Assembly (NCBI GenBank): GCA_902572675.1
Contig: CACGGY010000001.1
Location: forward strand, 1-48,434
DNA: 48,434 nucleotides
Reading direction: 5' to 3'
Origin: an uncultured Prochlorococcus sp.
GTDB lineage: Bacteria > Cyanobacteriota > Cyanobacteriia > PCC-6307 > Cyanobiaceae
The notes beneath the pieces are model-generated. The model did no database searches. It was not told where the DNA came from and saw only the letters and a program-made list of their open reading frames with translations. Position numbers and translations under genes: made by a program. Positions 31,536-41,719 of this stretch are shown in pieces (position 1 is the first letter of the stretch; each line of letters starts with the position of its first letter).

Positions 31536-32633
31536 CTAATTATCAATTACCCCACATTGAGCTTGATTCAGTAGCAAATGATCAGCAAGTACTAAAGCCA
31601 CCATAGCATCAACCATGGGAACTGCTCTTGGTAGAACACATGGATCATGTCTACCTTTTGCTTTCATTAAAACTTCTTTTCCTTCAGCATTTACTGTTTT
31701 CTGTTCTTTCCCAATAGTTGCTGTAGGTTTAAAAGCTATCTTCATCTCAATATTTTCGCCATTACTTATCCCTCCCTGTATACCGCCTGAATTATTAGAT
31801 ATTGTTCTTAACTTTCTAATATCATCAGATTTAATGAAGGCATCATTATGTTCGCTTCCTTTTAAATAAGTTCCCGAGAAACCTGAACCTATTTCAAAGC
31901 CTTTCGTGGCAGGCAAAGACATCAAAGCCTTCGCTAAATCAGCTTCTAATTTATCAAAAACAGGCATTCCAAGACCAGAAGGAACATTTCTTACTAAACA
32001 TTCAATAACACCGCCACAAGAGTCTCCTTGACGCTTTAATTGCTTAATTCTCTCTATCATTTCTGCTGATACCTGATCATCAGGACATCTAACAATATTA
32101 GAATCTATTTTGTTGAGAGTAATCTTTTCTTTATTTATATCAGAATCAATATCATGTATACGCTTTACCCAAGACAGTATTTCAGTGTTACAGAATTTTT
32201 TTAATAATTGTTTTGCTACAGCACCAGCAGCTACTCTCCCAATTGTTTCTCTTGCAGAGGCTCTTCCACCACCCGAACTTGCCTGAATTCCATATTTTAG
32301 ATGATATGTACCATCTGCATGAGAAGGTCTAAATACTTGCTCCAAATTATCATAATCTCCTGGTCTTTGATCCTTGTTTCTTACCAACATCGCTATTGGA
32401 GTTCCAAGTGTTAACCCTTCCTTTATCCCACTTAATATTTCGATTTTATCTTCTTCATTTCTGGGTGTTGTAATGTCACTTTGGCCAGGTCTGCGCCTAT
32501 CTAATTCATTTTGTATCAAATTTATATTTACTTTTAACTTGGGAGGACATCCATCAAGGATAACACCTACTGCACCACCATGTGATTCTCCAAAAGTACT
32601 AACACGAAAAATTTTTCCAAAACTACTACTCAT
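31536..32633 (-). CDS. aroC: Chorismate synthase
   Basis: 'FGESHG', 'RRRPGQ', 'RPSHAD', '[10 protein letters not shown]', 'GRHDPCV'. Confidence 0.99.
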   Translation of the reverse strand: MSSSFGKIFRVSTFGESHGGAVGVILDGCPPKLKVNINLIQNELDRRRPGQSDITTPRNEEDKIEILSGIKEGLTLGTPIAMLVRNKDQRPGDYDNLEQVFRPSHADGTYHLKYGIQASSGGGRASARETIGRVAAGAVAKQLLKKFCNTEILSWVKRIHDIDSDINKEKITLNKIDSNIVRCPDDQVSAEMIERIKQLKRQGDSCGGVIECLVRNVPSGLGMPVFDKLEADLAKALMSLPATKGFEIGSGFSGTYLKGSEHNDAFIKSDDIRKLRTISNNSGGIQGGISNGENIEMKIAFKPTATIGKEQKTVNAEGKEVLMKAKGRHDPCVLPRAVPMVDAMVALVLADHLLLNQAQCGVIDN

Positions 32634-32693
32634 GAAAATATCAAATGTTTTATCTATATATAAACATTATATGAAACCAATTGAAAATTAAAC

Positions 32694-32721
32694 AAAAAAA
32701 AAGCCCCCAAAAAGGGGGCTT
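32694..32721 (-). terminator. Rho-independent terminator of psbA
   Basis: Minus strand AAGCCCCC-TTTTT-GGGGGCTT plus T run, about 20 nt past the psbA stop. Confidence 0.9.
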
Positions 32722-32742
32722 GTAAGTTTAAGAACTTTAAGC

Positions 32743-33825
32743 TTAACCGATAGCTGGAGCTGAAAGAGCTACTGTTGTAGACTCAGCTGCTGCTAGATCA
32801 AGTGGGAAGTTGTGAGCGTTACGCTCGTGCATTACTTCCATACCTAGGTTTGCTCTGTTAAGAACATCACCCCATGTAGGAACAATCTTACCGTTTGCAT
32901 CAACAACTGACTGGTTGAAGTTGAAACCGTTAAGGTTGAATGCCATTGTGCAGATACCCATTGAAGTTAACCATACACAAACAACTGGGAATACAGCTAG
33001 GAAGAAGTGAAGACTTCTGCTGTTGTTGAATGAAGCATATTGGAAGATCAAACGACCGAAGTAGCCATGAGCTGCAACGATGTTATATGTTTCTTCTTCT
33101 TGTCCGAACTTGTAACCATAGTTCTGAGACTCTGTCTCAGTTGTTTCTCTGATTAGAGATGATGTAACAAGTGAACCGTGCATAGCTGAGAATAAAGATC
33201 CTCCGAACATACCAGCAACACCAGCCATATGGAATGGGTGCATAAGAATGTTGTGCTCTGCCTGGAAAACAAACATGAAGTTGAATGTTCCAGAGATACC
33301 TAGAGGCATTCCGTCAGAGAATGAACCTTGACCGAATGGGTATACAAGAAATACTGCGAAAGCTGCTGAAACTGGTGCAGAGTATGCAACACAGATCCAA
33401 GGACGCATACCTAAACGGTATGAAAGCTCCCACTGTCTTCCCATGTATGCTGAGATACCGATTAGGAAGTGGAAAATTACAAGCTGGTAAGGACCACCGT
33501 TGTATAACCACTCATCTACAGTAGCTGCTTCCCAAATTGGGTAGAAGTGTAGACCAATAGCGTTAGATGAAGGAACAACTGCACCTGAGATGATGTTGTT
33601 TCCATATAGGAATGAACCAGCAACTGGCTCTCTAATTCCGTCGATGTCTACTGGTGGTGCTGCGATGAATGCAACGATGAAGCAAGCCGCTGCTGTAAGT
33701 AGGCATGGGATCATTAAGACGCCGAACCAACCAACATAAATTCTGTTGTTAGTTGATGTTACCCACTCACAAAACTGTGGCCAACCTTTTAACAGCGAAG
33801 AACGCTGCTGCTGAATAGTTGTCAT
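32743..33825 (-). CDS. psbA: Photosystem II D1 protein (Q130 form, 360 aa)
   Basis: 'NRIYVGWFG', '[12 protein letters not shown]', '[13 protein letters not shown]'; strong high-expression codon bias. Confidence 0.99.
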   Translation of the reverse strand: MTTIQQQRSSLLKGWPQFCEWVTSTNNRIYVGWFGVLMIPCLLTAAACFIVAFIAAPPVDIDGIREPVAGSFLYGNNIISGAVVPSSNAIGLHFYPIWEAATVDEWLYNGGPYQLVIFHFLIGISAYMGRQWELSYRLGMRPWICVAYSAPVSAAFAVFLVYPFGQGSFSDGMPLGISGTFNFMFVFQAEHNILMHPFHMAGVAGMFGGSLFSAMHGSLVTSSLIRETTETESQNYGYKFGQEEETYNIVAAHGYFGRLIFQYASFNNSRSLHFFLAVFPVVCVWLTSMGICTMAFNLNGFNFNQSVVDANGKIVPTWGDVLNRANLGMEVMHERNAHNFPLDLAAAESTTVALSAPAIG

Positions 33826-33840
33826 GAGTTCGTAAAGTAT

Positions 33841-33897
33841 GTCTCTAAAGTGAGACGTGTAAATAAAAACGGAAAAAAATCCGCTTCGAAGATTTTA
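33841..33897 (-). promoter_or_regulatory. psbA -10 box (TAAAAT, 33892-33897) and 5' UTR with two short hairpins
   Basis: GTCTC-N6-GAGAC (33841-33856) and CGGA-N6-TCCG (33870-33883) are GC-rich inverted repeats in AT-rich DNA between the -10 box and the ATG. Confidence 0.5.
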
Positions 33898-34012
33898 GAC
33901 CAAAATCGCTAAAAATGTGTAATTTTTTTTTCTTTAAGTAAACTTATTTTTTGCAATATCGTAGAAAAGAACCTCCATGTCTTAATATTTTCTTTGTTAT
34001 TGAGGATTTAAC

Positions 34013-34141
34013 TTGGTAATAATCGAATGGCTTCTTAATGGAAAAAGATCAAAAGAGGTAGTTTCCTTGAGGGAGGCTAAGTATAGAAGACTGCAATTAG
34101 AGGCTTTTGGAGCTGTTATTTATTGGAGCGAAAGAATTTAA
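34013..34141 (+). CDS. Small hypothetical protein (42 aa; not in ORF track)
   Basis: TTG start preceded by GAGGA; MVIIEWLLNGKRSKEVVSLREAKYRRLQLEAFGAVIYWSERI; more GC-rich than flanks. Confidence 0.7.
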   Translation: MVIIEWLLNGKRSKEVVSLREAKYRRLQLEAFGAVIYWSERI

Positions 34142-34258
34142 GTTTTTAAAGATTAAGATTTAGAAAAAAAATTAAAAGTATAAAATATTAAATAAACTTA
34201 TCTATTAAATAAAAAATCCTTATTAGTTTTCAACGATTTATTGTTCCGTTTTCTTAAT

Positions 34259-35164
34259 TTAAAAACTTTCAAACTCTTGAACCCATTGTTTTTTGGAACA
34301 AATCACTTCTTTTTTTGTGTAGCTCATGGCAATTTTTTTTTCCTTATAAGCAACTTCTCCAATAAAAACAGGCCAAATCAATTGGTCCCGTTCATATTTG
34401 TGGATTATTCCTTGGCTATCCAGAAATAATGGATCTCCTTTTTTAATCATTTTCCAATCTTGGTTTATTCTCTCAGGATGAATTAGGCCATCAATATCTC
34501 CCTTTTCATCTCTTGGATAATCTATGCTCCCTTGATGAACGTGAACCACTAATTCCTTTGGAAGTTCTATAAGGTTGTTTTTTAATTTATCTATCTCTTC
34601 CCTTAGGGAGCGAATTATTAGAGAGAATCTATTTATAATATTTTGATCATAAAAATTCTGTGCGACAGGTCCTATCTCAATAACTAAACCACATGGCCAA
34701 GCTTCTACAAGAAAGCCTGTTTGGGCTTTATCTTTTTCGTGCAAATAAATAGGCAATCCAAATTTGTTCTGCAGTAATGCAGCTAAACAAAAATCTTTGG
34801 ATCTCCTCCCATACATAACAATGCTTGTTCCCATATTTGCAGTAGTAGTGTGCAAATCTATTGCAATTTGACAGGGTTTAGATCCCTCAATTCCAAATTC
34901 ATCTACTAAAAAATTGGCTCTATTAATTTCATAAAAGTTATTCTTGTATTGATCAAAATTCTCACTTTCTTTAAAAGATCTATTTAAATCTAAATCTATA
35001 TATCTGCAACCTTTTTCATAGGCAGCAGGATTACCTATGATGTACTCATACTCAATACCATTATTTAAACTGTTTTCCTTTATATTAAGTTGCTTAACAG
35101 CCCAAACAGGATTTATTTCATTCCCATGAGTGCCTGAAACGATAAGTATTCTTTGAATAGTCAT
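34259..35164 (-). CDS. Aspartoacylase (M14-like, AstE/AspA family)
   Basis: 'GTHGNE', 'DLNRSF', 'DLHTTT', 'FIGEVAY'. Confidence 0.92.
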   Translation of the reverse strand: MTIQRILIVSGTHGNEINPVWAVKQLNIKENSLNNGIEYEYIIGNPAAYEKGCRYIDLDLNRSFKESENFDQYKNNFYEINRANFLVDEFGIEGSKPCQIAIDLHTTTANMGTSIVMYGRRSKDFCLAALLQNKFGLPIYLHEKDKAQTGFLVEAWPCGLVIEIGPVAQNFYDQNIINRFSLIIRSLREEIDKLKNNLIELPKELVVHVHQGSIDYPRDEKGDIDGLIHPERINQDWKMIKKGDPLFLDSQGIIHKYERDQLIWPVFIGEVAYKEKKIAMSYTKKEVICSKKQWVQEFESF

Positions 35165-35187
35165 TTTTTCTTTAAAAATAGAATTTT

Positions 35188-36141
35188 ATGCAAAATAAAT
35201 ACCTTATAAAGACCTCCAGAAAATTCTGGTTTTGGTTTTGGACCCAATTAATGAATGGCTTCGCGCCATCAGATTTATATGGTAATTATAAAAGGCCTAT
35301 AGGTATAACTATTAATAGTGAATACGATATTAATAATGAGAATGGACAAATTTATTTATTAGTAGGTCATTCTTGTCCATGGTGTCAAAGAACTTTACTC
35401 GTACACGAAATAAAAGATTTATCTAAAAAAGTTAAAGTAATTTTTTTAAAGGCAGATGTTGAGCATGGCGAATGGATTTTCAATACAAAGATTAAGGGGT
35501 GTATAAGACTTTCAGACCTTTACAAAAAAGCTAATAAAAATACTATTTTTAGAGCGACATTACCTCTTTTAATTAGCTTTGTAAAAGATGAAGTAAATAT
35601 TCTTTCTAATGAAAGTTCACAGATTATAAGACTTCTCAATTCAATAAAAAGTGAATCGAAATATCAGGCATTAATTATTAAAGATGCTAATAAAAAATTT
35701 TTAGATTTAATTAATAACAGCATTAATGATGGCGTATATAAATGTGGTTTCGCCAGAAACCAGTCAGCTTACGAAAAAGCAAGTAAAAATCTTTTCGCAG
35801 CTATAAATGAAATTGAAAATTTACTACAGAAAAAAAAAGGCGACTGGATATTTGGAGAAGAGTTAACCTACGCAGATATTTACCTTTTTCCAACGCTCAT
35901 AAGATGGGAATTGATATATAGCAAACTTTTCAAATGCACTGAACAAGAACTATCAAGTTTTGAAAAGATTATTGAATGGAGACTAAAATTCTTTAAATTA
36001 TCTAACGTAAAAGGGACATGCTTCGACAATGAATGGAAAAAAGACTACTACAAAGCTTTATTCCCTTTAAACCCAAATCAACTAATCCCAGTTTTACCAT
36101 CGCTAGAGGAAATAATGAGATTGGATTCCGAAAAAACATAA
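35188..36141 (+). CDS. Glutathione S-transferase, omega/Xi (YqjG-like glutathionyl-hydroquinone reductase)
   Basis: 'SCPWCQR', 'SNESSQII', 'INDGVYKCGFA', 'TYADIYLFPTLIRW'. Confidence 0.88.
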   Translation: MQNKYLIKTSRKFWFWFWTQLMNGFAPSDLYGNYKRPIGITINSEYDINNENGQIYLLVGHSCPWCQRTLLVHEIKDLSKKVKVIFLKADVEHGEWIFNTKIKGCIRLSDLYKKANKNTIFRATLPLLISFVKDEVNILSNESSQIIRLLNSIKSESKYQALIIKDANKKFLDLINNSINDGVYKCGFARNQSAYEKASKNLFAAINEIENLLQKKKGDWIFGEELTYADIYLFPTLIRWELIYSKLFKCTEQELSSFEKIIEWRLKFFKLSNVKGTCFDNEWKKDYYKALFPLNPNQLIPVLPSLEEIMRLDSEKT

Positions 36142-36260
36142 AAATCAATTTCCCCAAAAAAAAAGATGTTGTAATGAACACTTATTTAGTTCATAGATAA
36201 TGCAATTTCATTAGAAATTAACTATGTTATGTATGTCTACTAAAGTACGAAAAGCTTAAA

Positions 36261-36479
36261 ATGAAATCCATTGACGAACACATCCAAAAAGATCAATCGG
36301 AAATCGAATCTGCAAAAGCAGAGGGCAATCTTCCAAAGGTCAGACATTTAACTGAAGAGCTAAAAGAACTCGAAGAATATAAGGAACATCATCCAGAAGA
36401 TAAACATGACCCTAATGCTTTGGAATTATTTTGCGACGCCAACCCAGACGAACCAGAATGCCTCGTTTATGATGATTGA
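36261..36479 (+). CDS. cp12: CP12 protein (C-terminal Cys pair only)
   Basis: C-terminus 'LELFCDANPDEPECLVYDD'. Confidence 0.93.
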   Translation: MKSIDEHIQKDQSEIESAKAEGNLPKVRHLTEELKELEEYKEHHPEDKHDPNALELFCDANPDEPECLVYDD

Positions 36480-36502
36480 GTTTTCTTTTTAAAGCATAAA
36501 GT

Positions 36503-36535
36503 ATAAAAAAAGGGCTTTTTGGGCCCTTTTTTTAT
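36503..36535. terminator. Bidirectional rho-independent terminator between cp12 and the convergent small ORF
   Basis: ATAAAAAAAGGGC-TTTTTGG-GCCCTTTTTTTAT, perfect 13-bp inverted repeat with A/T runs on both sides. Confidence 0.9.
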
Positions 36536-36549
36536 TTATTAAATTACTA

Positions 36550-36732
36550 TTAGTAATCTCTATTAAAATCAGATGGACTTCCCGTTAAAGAACATACAAC
36601 CGACTCTTCATTTTTCATTTCCTTAACTTCTACAATCGGTCTTCCCATTTTCTTAAGAACCTCAATATCTTGCATGGTTTGACATCTAGCTATTATTTTT
36701 CCTTGTTTATCAAAACAACTGTAGAAATTCAT
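36550..36732 (-). CDS. Small conserved hypothetical protein (60 aa)
   Basis: ATG start, coding-like composition, ends at the bidirectional terminator; 'YSCFD...ARC...VCSLTGSPSDFN'. Confidence 0.75.
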   Translation of the reverse strand: MNFYSCFDKQGKIIARCQTMQDIEVLKKMGRPIVEVKEMKNEESVVCSLTGSPSDFNRDY

Positions 36733-36818
36733 ATTATTTTTAAAGAATTATCTTATTTATGGCTAATTTTTATTATTAAATCAAGTGTATTTATTTACAA
36801 AAAAATTTTTAATTTAAG

Positions 36819-37802
36819 TTAGATCCTTTTCCAAACTTCAGAAAGCAGTGAGGATAAACCTTTTTTTAAAGATGAAGAAATAACTAAAACTTTCTTTTTA
36901 GATAAATCTTCTAACTTTTTTGTAATTATTTGCAAATAATCATCATCTACCAGCTCCATTTTATTTAGCACTATTATCCTCTCTTTATCTAAAAGACCTT
37001 TCCCATATTTTTTTAATTCCTGCTCAATTATCTCAAAATCATGTAAAGGGTTTTCTGCAATTGCATCAATTAAGTGAACAAGTATTTTAGTTCTTTGGAT
37101 ATGCCTTAAAAAATCATGGCCTAAACCTACTCCATCAGCTGCCCCTGATATTAATCCAGGAATATCCGCAAAAAGGCAACCATTCCCGTCCATTTTTCTT
37201 ACTACACCTAAGTTAGGTATTAGAGTTGTGAAAGGATAATTTGCGATTTTTGGACGGGCAGATGACACAACAGAAATCAAGGTACTTTTCCCAGCATTTG
37301 GAAGACCTATAATCCCAACCTCTGCAAGAAGTTTTAGTTCTAATTGAACCTCCCATATCTCACCATCTTTTCCTTCAGTGAATGATTCTGGGGCTCTATT
37401 TTGATTACTTAAATAGTAAGCATTACCATGTCCACCTCTTCCTCCAATGGCAATAGTTAAAATCTGTTTATCTTTAGTTAAGTCTCCTAAAATAATGCCG
37501 GTTTTAATATCCCTTATTTCTGTACCGCAGGGTACTTTTAGGATTGTATCCTGACCTGAAGCACCTGATCTCTTATTAGGACCTCCTTTGCATCCATCTT
37601 CAGCAATTATTTCACGTTTGAATTTAAAATCTAATAACGTTTGTAGATTATTATCAGCCATCAAAATAACTGAACCCCCTCTTCCACCATTTCCCCCCGA
37701 AGGTCCTCCAGCAGGAACAAATTTTTCTCTTCTAAATGAAACTATTCCATTTCCACCTTTTCCAGCTTTAAGAATAATATTGGCTTGATCAATAAATTGC
37801 AC
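36819..37802 (-). CDS. obgE: GTPase ObgE/CgtA (GTG start)
   Basis: Gly-rich Obg domain '[21 protein letters not shown]'; G1 'GLPNAGKS', 'YPFTT', 'DIPG', 'NKME'. Confidence 0.98.
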   Translation of the reverse strand: MQFIDQANIILKAGKGGNGIVSFRREKFVPAGGPSGGNGGRGGSVILMADNNLQTLLDFKFKREIIAEDGCKGGPNKRSGASGQDTILKVPCGTEIRDIKTGIILGDLTKDKQILTIAIGGRGGHGNAYYLSNQNRAPESFTEGKDGEIWEVQLELKLLAEVGIIGLPNAGKSTLISVVSSARPKIANYPFTTLIPNLGVVRKMDGNGCLFADIPGLISGAADGVGLGHDFLRHIQRTKILVHLIDAIAENPLHDFEIIEQELKKYGKGLLDKERIIVLNKMELVDDDYLQIITKKLEDLSKKKVLVISSSLKKGLSSLLSEVWKRI

Positions 37803-37842
37803 TTAATACGCTTATTAAATTGTTTTCTAGGTATTTTTAATT

Positions 37843-40254
37843 TTATTTTATCCACGCAATACTGCAACCAGGGCCACCCTCGTTGTTGGCTGCATCTTCA
37901 ATCTTATCAACATAATTTAAACCTGATAACCAATTTCTTAGTCCTTTTTTTAATTTTCCTGTGCCAATTCCATGAACAATCCATAGCGGTCCATGAAATT
38001 TTCTAATTTTCTCCTCAATAATTATTTCGGCTTCATGAACTCTTAACCCTCTTACGTCAATTGTATTTTTACTCGTTCTAATTTTAGAAAAAGAAAAATC
38101 TTCTCTTGTAGACTTGATCTCAATTTTTGAACTTTTGAAATTAGGCTTTTCTCCATTAATACCTTCAAATTCATTTACAGATAATATGCTTCTAAATGAA
38201 CCACATTTAATTTCATAAAAACCACCTTTTTTATCTAAACCTACAATTTGTCCCGTACTATTTAGACTTTTAATCTTTACAAAATCACCTACCTGAGGGT
38301 TCCATGATATTGACTTTTCAGATTTTTTTTGGGTTAAATGTTCCGTCTCAATTTCCTTTAATCTTTTTCCAATAATTCTCGTATCCTCTCCATTAACATT
38401 TTTATCTCTTAATTTTTTAATCAAATCTATCACCTCTTTTTTAGCGGATACAATATGTTTTGATAATTTAGACCTTTCAATTTCCTGGATTTTTTCAGCA
38501 TTTAATTTTTGATATTCATAATTTCTCTTCAGTTCATCATGTAATATTTCAGTCCTTGCAATCAATTCTGCAGCAGCTTCTGCAGAATTTTGTTGTTTAA
38601 TCTTCTCTTCCTCAAGTCCTTTAATAATACTGTTAATATGGTCAACTTCTTTTGGCTTTAGATAATTTGCAGCTTCATTGAGTATGCTTTCATCAAGACC
38701 AATTCTCTTTGAAATTGACAAAGCATTACTTCTCCCAGGAATACCCCAGTTGAGTATATATTTTGGCTTTAAAGAATCCTCATCAAAGGCAACTGATACG
38801 TTTTCAAATCTTGAATCGTTATATTTTAAAGCCTTAATATCCCCATAATGTGTAGTTGCAAAAGTGATATCAGATTTATTTGCAAATTCTTTTAATAAAG
38901 CCATCGCTAGAGCACTCCCTTCAAGAGGATCTGTGCCAGATCCAATCTCATCTAGCAAAACAACTGATAATCCTTTCTTATGATCAAGTAAATCTAATAT
39001 CTCTTTTATGCGGGATATATGCCCACTGAAGGTAGATAAATTTTCTTCTAATGATTGATTATCTCCTATATCCACATATATATTTGGACAAAAAGGAATA
39101 ATAGGATTATTAGTTGAAGGTATCAATAATCCTGCTCTAGCCATTAGTAAAGACAAGCCCAAGCCTTTTAAAGCTGCTGTTTTACCTCCAGTATTTGGAC
39201 CTGTAATAGCTACAACCTTAATATTTCTATTTATATAAAAATCGACAGCTACTGGTGGAGAGGCTCCTTTTTTCTTATGTTCCCAAATCAATAACGGATG
39301 AGTAAAGCCAATTAAAGAAATAATAGGACTTTTCTCAAACCTAGGAGTTTTGCCTCCAATCCATTTCGAATATCTTGAACGAGTTAGGGCATTTTCTAAT
39401 CGCAATAAAATGGATGCCATTTCAATAAGATTTTCTGAATTATCACTAACAACCAGAGACCATTTTTTAAGTAATTTAAATTCTTCTGCTGTGATCCTAG
39501 CCTCTAAAGAGGCAATCTTATTACCTTTATTTACTACACTATCAGGCTCAAAATATACTGTATTTCCTGAAGATGAAGAGTCATGAATTATGCCTTTAAA
39601 TTTATCTACATAATTAACTTTCACTGCTAAAACGGGTCTTCCATATCGATCTCCAATAGTAGTATCTTGCAAATAAGCTAAGTTCTTTTGAATAAATTTC
39701 TCAACTAATATTTTTCTTTCAAGTTTCTTAGATAAAAATTCTTTTCTAAGAATAGATAGTTCATTACTAGCATTGTCTGAAATCCTTCCATTTGATTCAA
39801 TGCCTTTTTTAAAAATCGTTTCGATATTCTGATGGTCAATTAATTTTTTTGTAAATGATGAAATATAAGGCCTTTGTTCAAAATCTAATAAGATTTTTTT
39901 TAAATTTCTTGCTGCAGCAATTGTTTTTGCTATTTCTAACAATTCAGAAGATGAAATTACACCTCCCTTAGAACAAATTTCAATATTTCTACTAATATCA
40001 AAAACACCAGAAAAACTAATTGATTTATCTAAATTATTTTCTAGCTGAGTTATTTCAACAGTTTCATTCAAAAGTCTTTTAGATGATTCGTATTCTGAAG
40101 GGATATCAAAACTTAAAATTGCTCTTTTACCCATTTCCGTTAGGGCGAATGAAGATAAATGCGTTTTTAATGAGTCCCACTCTAAAAGGCTTATAGATTC
40201 TTCTTCTAAGGTGTTATTTGAAGATGATTTTTTTGAATAACTTTTCTCTTGCAT
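37843..40254 (-). CDS. mutS2: MutS2 endonuclease / ribosome-collision factor with Smr domain
   Basis: 'TGPNTGGKT', 'QSLEENLSTFS', 'LDEIGSGTDP', 'ATTH', Smr 'IDVRG...IVHGIGTG'; ATG 40254 preferred. Confidence 0.96.
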   Translation of the reverse strand: MQEKSYSKKSSSNNTLEEESISLLEWDSLKTHLSSFALTEMGKRAILSFDIPSEYESSKRLLNETVEITQLENNLDKSISFSGVFDISRNIEICSKGGVISSSELLEIAKTIAAARNLKKILLDFEQRPYISSFTKKLIDHQNIETIFKKGIESNGRISDNASNELSILRKEFLSKKLERKILVEKFIQKNLAYLQDTTIGDRYGRPVLAVKVNYVDKFKGIIHDSSSSGNTVYFEPDSVVNKGNKIASLEARITAEEFKLLKKWSLVVSDNSENLIEMASILLRLENALTRSRYSKWIGGKTPRFEKSPIISLIGFTHPLLIWEHKKKGASPPVAVDFYINRNIKVVAITGPNTGGKTAALKGLGLSLLMARAGLLIPSTNNPIIPFCPNIYVDIGDNQSLEENLSTFSGHISRIKEILDLLDHKKGLSVVLLDEIGSGTDPLEGSALAMALLKEFANKSDITFATTHYGDIKALKYNDSRFENVSVAFDEDSLKPKYILNWGIPGRSNALSISKRIGLDESILNEAANYLKPKEVDHINSIIKGLEEEKIKQQNSAEAAAELIARTEILHDELKRNYEYQKLNAEKIQEIERSKLSKHIVSAKKEVIDLIKKLRDKNVNGEDTRIIGKRLKEIETEHLTQKKSEKSISWNPQVGDFVKIKSLNSTGQIVGLDKKGGFYEIKCGSFRSILSVNEFEGINGEKPNFKSSKIEIKSTREDFSFSKIRTSKNTIDVRGLRVHEAEIIIEEKIRKFHGPLWIVHGIGTGKLKKGLRNWLSGLNYVDKIEDAANNEGGPGCSIAWIK

Positions 40255-40268
40255 ACAAAAAAAAAGAA

Positions 40269-40655
40269 TCAAACATTCGATTGAATCCCTTCAGGAGGAA
40301 CATAAAGCATCTCTAGCCAGTTTCCTTCAGTATCCTTCATATAAAAAGATGCTGTTCCATCTCTATGTTCATGTAAAGGACCAACTTTTACACCAGAATT
40401 TTTTAAATCATTTTGAATATTTTCCACTTCTTTTTTATTTTCAAAATGAAAAGCAAAGTGAGGTCCCGCAGCTTTGTAGCTAGGGCCTAATAACGCAAGT
40501 CCATCTTTCCCTTTACCAGCTTCTAAATAAGACCAATCTTTATCGTCCCAAACTAAATTCATACCCAGCTTAATATAAAAAGATTTTGCCCTTTCGAGAT
40601 TTTCTACTCTAAGTGCAATGTGACCAATCCTATTTACTCCTTGTGAAAGCTTCAA
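40269..40655 (-). CDS. VOC/glyoxalase family protein (TTG start)
   Basis: 'IGHIALRV', 'HFAF', 'FYMKDTEGNWLE'. Confidence 0.9.
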   Translation of the reverse strand: MKLSQGVNRIGHIALRVENLERAKSFYIKLGMNLVWDDKDWSYLEAGKGKDGLALLGPSYKAAGPHFAFHFENKKEVENIQNDLKNSGVKVGPLHEHRDGTASFYMKDTEGNWLEMLYVPPEGIQSNV

Positions 40656-40717
40656 AACAAAGTAGTTAATTTATTTCTTTTCTAAGAATAAACCAAATTT
40701 TTACTAATAATGAGTTT

Positions 40718-41719
40718 TTAAGTATCCTGCAACCATTGAGATGCATCACAAGCATGATAAGTGAGTATTAACTTTGCTCCTGCTCTTTTAAAACTAAGCA
40801 ATGTTTCTAATACAATATCTTTTTCGTTAATCCAGTTCTTCATAGCAGCAGACTTTACCATGGAATACTCCCCACTAACGTTGTATGCAGCTATAGGTTT
40901 ATTTGAAAAAGTGCTTAATCTATAAACAATATCCAAGTATGAGATTCCTGGTTTTACCATCAAAATATCAGCTCCTTCATACTGATCCAATGCAGATTCA
41001 ATCAAAGCCTCTTTTGAATTAGCAGGGTCCATTTGATATGTAGACTTATTGTCTGGAATTATTTTCTTACTATTTTCTCTAGGAGCCGAATCTAAAGCAG
41101 TTCTAAATGGTCCATAATAAGCAGATGAATATTTTGCTGTATAACTAATAATACCTACATCACTAAATCCTTGACTATCGAGATCAGCTCTGATTGCTCC
41201 AACTCTCCCATCCATCATGTCACTAGGACCAATAAAATCTGCTCCAGCTCTTGCTTGTGTTAAAGCTTGTTTTTTTAAAATTTCGATTGTTTCGTCGTTC
41301 AATATTTTTCCAGTTTCATCAACTAATCCATCATGACCATCACAAGAGTATGGATCCAAGGCAACATCTGTCATTATTGCCATTTCTGGAATCTCTTTTT
41401 TTAATATTCGAATAGCCTTAGGAATTAAACCGTCTTCATTAAAACATTCTGCTCCATCTTCAGTCTTTAAACTATCGTTAACTTTTGGGAAAAGAACTAC
41501 ACACCTTATTCCCAATTGCCATGCCCTAGTAACCTCCTTTATTAAGCCATTAATATCCCATCTATAAGTTCCGGGCATTGCTGAAATTTCCTCTTTAAAG
41601 TCTTTTTCATGAATAAATAATGGATATATAAAGTCAGATGCCATTAGATGGTTTTCTCTAACCATTTCTCTAATTGCTTCAGTTCTTCTTAATCTTCTAG
41701 GACGAATAATCGAATTCAT
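40718..41719 (-). CDS. hemB: Porphobilinogen synthase (ALA dehydratase)
   Basis: 'RPRRLR', 'SDMMDGR', 'YGPFR', 'MVKPG', 'AYNVSGEY'. Confidence 0.99.
   Translation of the reverse strand: MNSIIRPRRLRRTEAIREMVRENHLMASDFIYPLFIHEKDFKEEISAMPGTYRWDINGLIKEVTRAWQLGIRCVVLFPKVNDSLKTEDGAECFNEDGLIPKAIRILKKEIPEMAIMTDVALDPYSCDGHDGLVDETGKILNDETIEILKKQALTQARAGADFIGPSDMMDGRVGAIRADLDSQGFSDVGIISYTAKYSSAYYGPFRTALDSAPRENSKKIIPDNKSTYQMDPANSKEALIESALDQYEGADILMVKPGISYLDIVYRLSTFSNKPIAAYNVSGEYSMVKSAAMKNWINEKDIVLETLLSFKRAGAKLILTYHACDASQWLQDT

Noticed and set aside
12605-36479. Presence of genes also carried by cyanophages (dcd, thyX, psbA, cp12) as a sign of prophage
   Set aside because: They are scattered among housekeeping genes with no phage structural, replication or integrase genes
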